64,000 bases of DNA, taken from assembly GCF_009914755.1 (NCBI RefSeq), contig NC_060931.1; one strand, given 5' to 3'. Positions within the stretch are counted from its first letter, which is position 1. Each line of letters opens with the position of its first letter. The translations under genes and the position numbers were made by a program. The notes beneath the pieces were generated by a model. It had not been told where the DNA came from. It searched no databases and saw only the letters and a list, made by a program, of their open reading frames with translations. Positions 54,307 to 64,000 of this stretch are shown in pieces. This DNA is from the human T2T-CHM13v2.0 reference genome, Homo sapiens.

Positions 54307-56558
54307 TTAAAAAAAAAAAGTTTCTCTCCCTGTTGGAGAAACTCATTTGCATAAGAATAAAAGGTTTGTTCTCCGGGCATCTTTTTCTTTTCTCCATCCT
54401 GTCAGCAGTTAACAAAGCCCTGCATTTACGCTGTTTTTCTTTTCCTTTTCTCCACCAGGCCAGGAATAGGTTGGTGCAAAAGTAGTTGCAGTTTTTGCTA
54501 TTACTTAGAACGGCGAGGACTGTGACTGTTTTTGCACCAACCCAATAACATGGCCCTGCAAGTAGAGGGGGCTTCTCTACGCTACAGGCTTTTTTCCTTT
54601 TAGAAGATGTTTTACTCAGCCAGGATCCCAACTCAGAAGACACCCCTTTTCTCTCCCTTGTTGGAGAAGGACTCAATTCCACAGCTTGACCTTAGCATTC
54701 AGCTTGGTAAGGAGTCCATGCAACATCCTGAGGCAGTTATTTTGACCCAAACTCAATTCCAAGCTTTGGATCGAAGCCCTAGGAAAGAAAACTGGATCTG
54801 AGGGATCCAGAGGCAGACGACAACAGAAGTGAAAAGGTACAGCACAGGTAAGCATGACTAATTTCTGCGGATTAAGCCAAGCCTCATTTCATGGATAAAG
54901 GTCATGCTAGTATCCATGGCATAAATGAGGTCTAGGGAATGCAAAGGCTATTGACAACAGAGAAGATAAGGCATATATGGGTAAGAGCAGATAATCCCAC
55001 TCCCTACCCACCCCCCCCCCCCCCACATAACATGGGTGAAAGCCACTTTGACACCCATGGGAGGCATCCTGTCATGGTTGCCGGGACTCAGGGATACAAG
55101 GACAAAAGAAAGAGGGACGCCTTGCTTTCTCTCCCTCATGTACCTCGGGTATTTGCTAGGAAGAGAAGGGAACCAGGGACGCCTTGCTCCCCTCTTTCTA
55201 GATGAGTAGGCATACATCTTTCAAATGCATCCTGAGTCCTGGGGCTCCTTTAAATAAATGCCTTCTTATTCCTTTCTCCTCCTCTGTCCTCTCTTTACAG
55301 ATGGGTGATTGTGTCCCCATGCTGTGGGATGCTCTCCTGGGATGTATCCTCCAAACTGGGAGAAGTTAATTTCCTAAACCTTAAACTGGTTGGTTTGGGA
55401 TTGAGCTCAGCAGGGAGGGAACTCAGAAGCCTGACATGTCAGCAAAAGGGTAGGAGTTTTTTTGTTTTTTGTTTTAACCAGTCAGGATTTTGACCTCTGT
55501 CTCCCTAAACAAACCAGAAAGGGAATGATAAGGATCACTGTTTATATTATCTGTAAAGTTTTAATTAATAAAAAAGGATTTGTGAGGTTGGTCTTAAGCT
55601 GTAGCCAAGCTGGTGTGCTCTGCATGTCTCTCCGTATAGTTCTGTCAGAAAGAGGGGTACCTTGGGATGGGATGTGGGTCTAGGACTCCATAGGCCTGCT
55701 GTTGAAGCAAGCCCAGCAAACTGGCCAGTGGCAAACTTTGCTGCAGGCCTCCATCTGGTTTTACGTCCTTGGAAGCGTGACCTGTAACCACATGGCAGTG
55801 CTTTGTTTTAGCTTCTGCCATTTTACAGTGGCAGCCCGGGTTCAATCCTGGCTTAGGGAATGAGTCCTTTCTGGCTTGATATCTTTGTGACCTTTATCAT
55901 TTGTTGATTCTCTTCCCCTTCATGAACCACCTTAAATTTTCCTTTCTCTGAACACCTGGGAGGTTACCTTTGGTAATGTTCAGAAGCCAGAAATATTGGC
56001 TGCTTGGCATGGCTAATGTTGGGTAATAAAGGATTTAAAAGGATTTTCTTGGCCAGGTGTGGTGGCTCATGCCTATATTCCAGCAACATAGTGAGACCCT
56101 GTCTCTATAAAAAATAAAAAATTGGCTGGGCATGGTGGCATGTAGTCCCAGCTACCCAGGAAGCTGAGGAGGGAGGGTTGCTTGAATCCAGGAGGTTGAG
56201 GCTGCAGTGAGCCATGATTGTGCCCTGTATTCCAGCCTGGGTGACAGAGCAAGACCGTCTCAAAAAACAAAACAAAACAAAACAAAAAACACAGCTGGGC
56301 ATAGTGGTTCACGCCTGTAATCCCAGCACTTTGGGAGGCTGAGGCAAGTGGATCACTTGAGGTCAGGAGTTCTAGACCATCCTGGGCAACATGGCGAAAC
56401 CCTGTCTCTACTAAAAATACAAAAATTAGTTGGGCATGGTGGTGGGTGCCTGTAATCCCAGCTACTCAGGAGGCTGATGCAGGAGAATCACTTGAACCCA
56501 AAAAGCAGAGGTTTCAGTGAGTGGAGATCACACTGCTGCACTCCAGCCTGGGCAATAG

Positions 56559-56888
<330 letters not shown>

Positions 56889-56940
56889 TAGGATTTTGTT
56901 AAAGAGCGCTCAGCTTAATTAAAAGTGGATATCTGGGGGG

Positions 56941-58560
<1,620 letters not shown>

Positions 58561-58580
58561 TTTTAAAAAGTGGATATCTG

Positions 58581-58880
58581 GGGGGAGTGCAGTGACACAC
58601 TGGCAATCCCAGCGCTTTGGGAGGCTAAGGTGGGCAGATCACCTGAAGTCATGAGTTCAAGACTAGCCTGGCCAACATGGTGAAACCCTGTCTCTTCTAA
58701 AAATACAAAAAAAATTAGCTGGGTGTGGTGGCACTTGCCTGTAGTCCTAGCTACTCAGTAGGCTGAGGCAGGTGAATTGCTTGAACCTGGGAGGCGGAGG
58801 TTGCAGTGAGCCAAGATCGCACCATTGCACAACGGCCTGGGCAACAGAGCGAGACTCTGTCTCAAAAACAACAAAAAAAG
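58581..58880 (+). mobile_element. Alu (AluS-like) sharing its target site with the TUBG1 retrocopy
   Basis: Degenerate head, full dimer, tail followed by aaaagtggatat. Confidence 0.85.
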
Positions 58881-59345
58881 TGGATATTTTTAAAACCTTT
58901 ATGTTTTTCTCTTTTTGGATCTTGTTTTTCTGGAAAAAGATTTTTTTCTCAGTTGACTGAATTCCTTTTCTCCATTTTGTCTTGCTACCCTTAATGCATG
59001 CACGAGGCCCTAAAATAATTTCTGATGGCCTGGGACTCCTTGAGAAGAACAGAAAAGGTGCCATGCATGCCATTTTGGGAAAAACCTCTGTTTTTCTCAT
59101 GAAAACCCAGCAATTAAAAGCAGATAGGTCCCCCTCAAAATCTGTTTTTGTCTTCCAGCTATCCCCATGTATTGGGCCCTGAAAACTGCATGCTTTCCTA
59201 GCCCTGCTCTTAAAGGGCCCCACTCGAGGCCAATAGTCCAATTAGGAGATTGGTGAACAGAAAATCTTGTAACTACTGGATCTGCTGCTGTTTGTCTGTG
59301 CAGTTATATGTGTTGTGTGTGATGTCTGTAAAAAAGAGAGCTCTA

Positions 59346-59659
<314 letters not shown>

Positions 59660-60189
59660 TTAACTGGCCTAAAGGAAAATAAGTGCTTTGATCAGATATT
59701 TTTGAAGGGAAAATAAAAGCTGTAATACCTTTTAGTTCATGTGACTTTAATCCTTGAGAAATAAAAACAGTCTTAAAGATTACTGGTAAAATGCAAATGT
59801 GAACAGGTGGTCTAAATTATACGGGACAGATATTAGGTTTGCTAAATGTTTTACAGTTATAAACTTCTTCTTTGGACTTTGAGAACTGTTCAACTTGCCT
59901 ACTTTACAACTTGGCAAGGCCCAGGACTTGGCAAGGGACTCGGTAAGGCTCTTAATCTTAGCAAATAATCATTAATCATATAATCTCAGTAAAATGTTCT
60001 AAGAAGGAATGGACATGGAAATTTTTGTCTAGGGTTAAAGGATTATTTTAAATTAGATAAGATAAAGCTAAAGGTTTAAACAAGTTGTGGAAGGTTTCTT
60101 GCAAAAGAAATTCTGTGTGTGAACACTAAATTCAAAAGGGTATTATGTTTTTCTGTAAATAATTGAGCATTGAAATACAAGCACGAGGT

Positions 60190-64000
<3,811 letters not shown>

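Overview
Primate (apparently human, 7p13-type) genomic DNA, very rich in Alu, L1 and LTR repeats. No prokaryotic features, tRNA/rRNA genes or CRISPR arrays were seen. It holds two spliced protein-coding genes, both on the minus strand and each with a CpG-island promoter. MRPS24 has 4 coding exons (7786->4989, 167 aa). URGCP/URG4 has 6 coding exons (44871->14960, 931 aa), and its last exon carries a very-large-GTPase (VLIG/GVIN-like) G domain. Both reading frames were rebuilt from GT-AG junctions and sum to intact ORFs. Other elements: a defective HERV-K(HML-3/MER9)-type provirus (1-3277) with internal gag and pol deletions, a THE1 LTR, and an ERV1 (MER61-like) LTR plus internal region that hosts a processed TUBG1 pseudogene. 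Most interesting observations: degenerate switch motifs and an apparent second, vestigial P-loop domain in URGCP; a URGCP->MRPS24 read-through frame whose stop should escape NMD; TE-derived URGCP parts (an L1-derived 27-nt micro-exon and an L2-derived poly(A) signal); a TUBG1 retrocopy that gained a strong-Kozak ATG opening a 353-codon ORF downstream of an LTR; and a degenerate GGTCAG/TCAGGG hexamer array rich in nuclear-receptor half-sites. Repeat subfamily names are from recalled consensus sequences and repeat boundaries are approximate.
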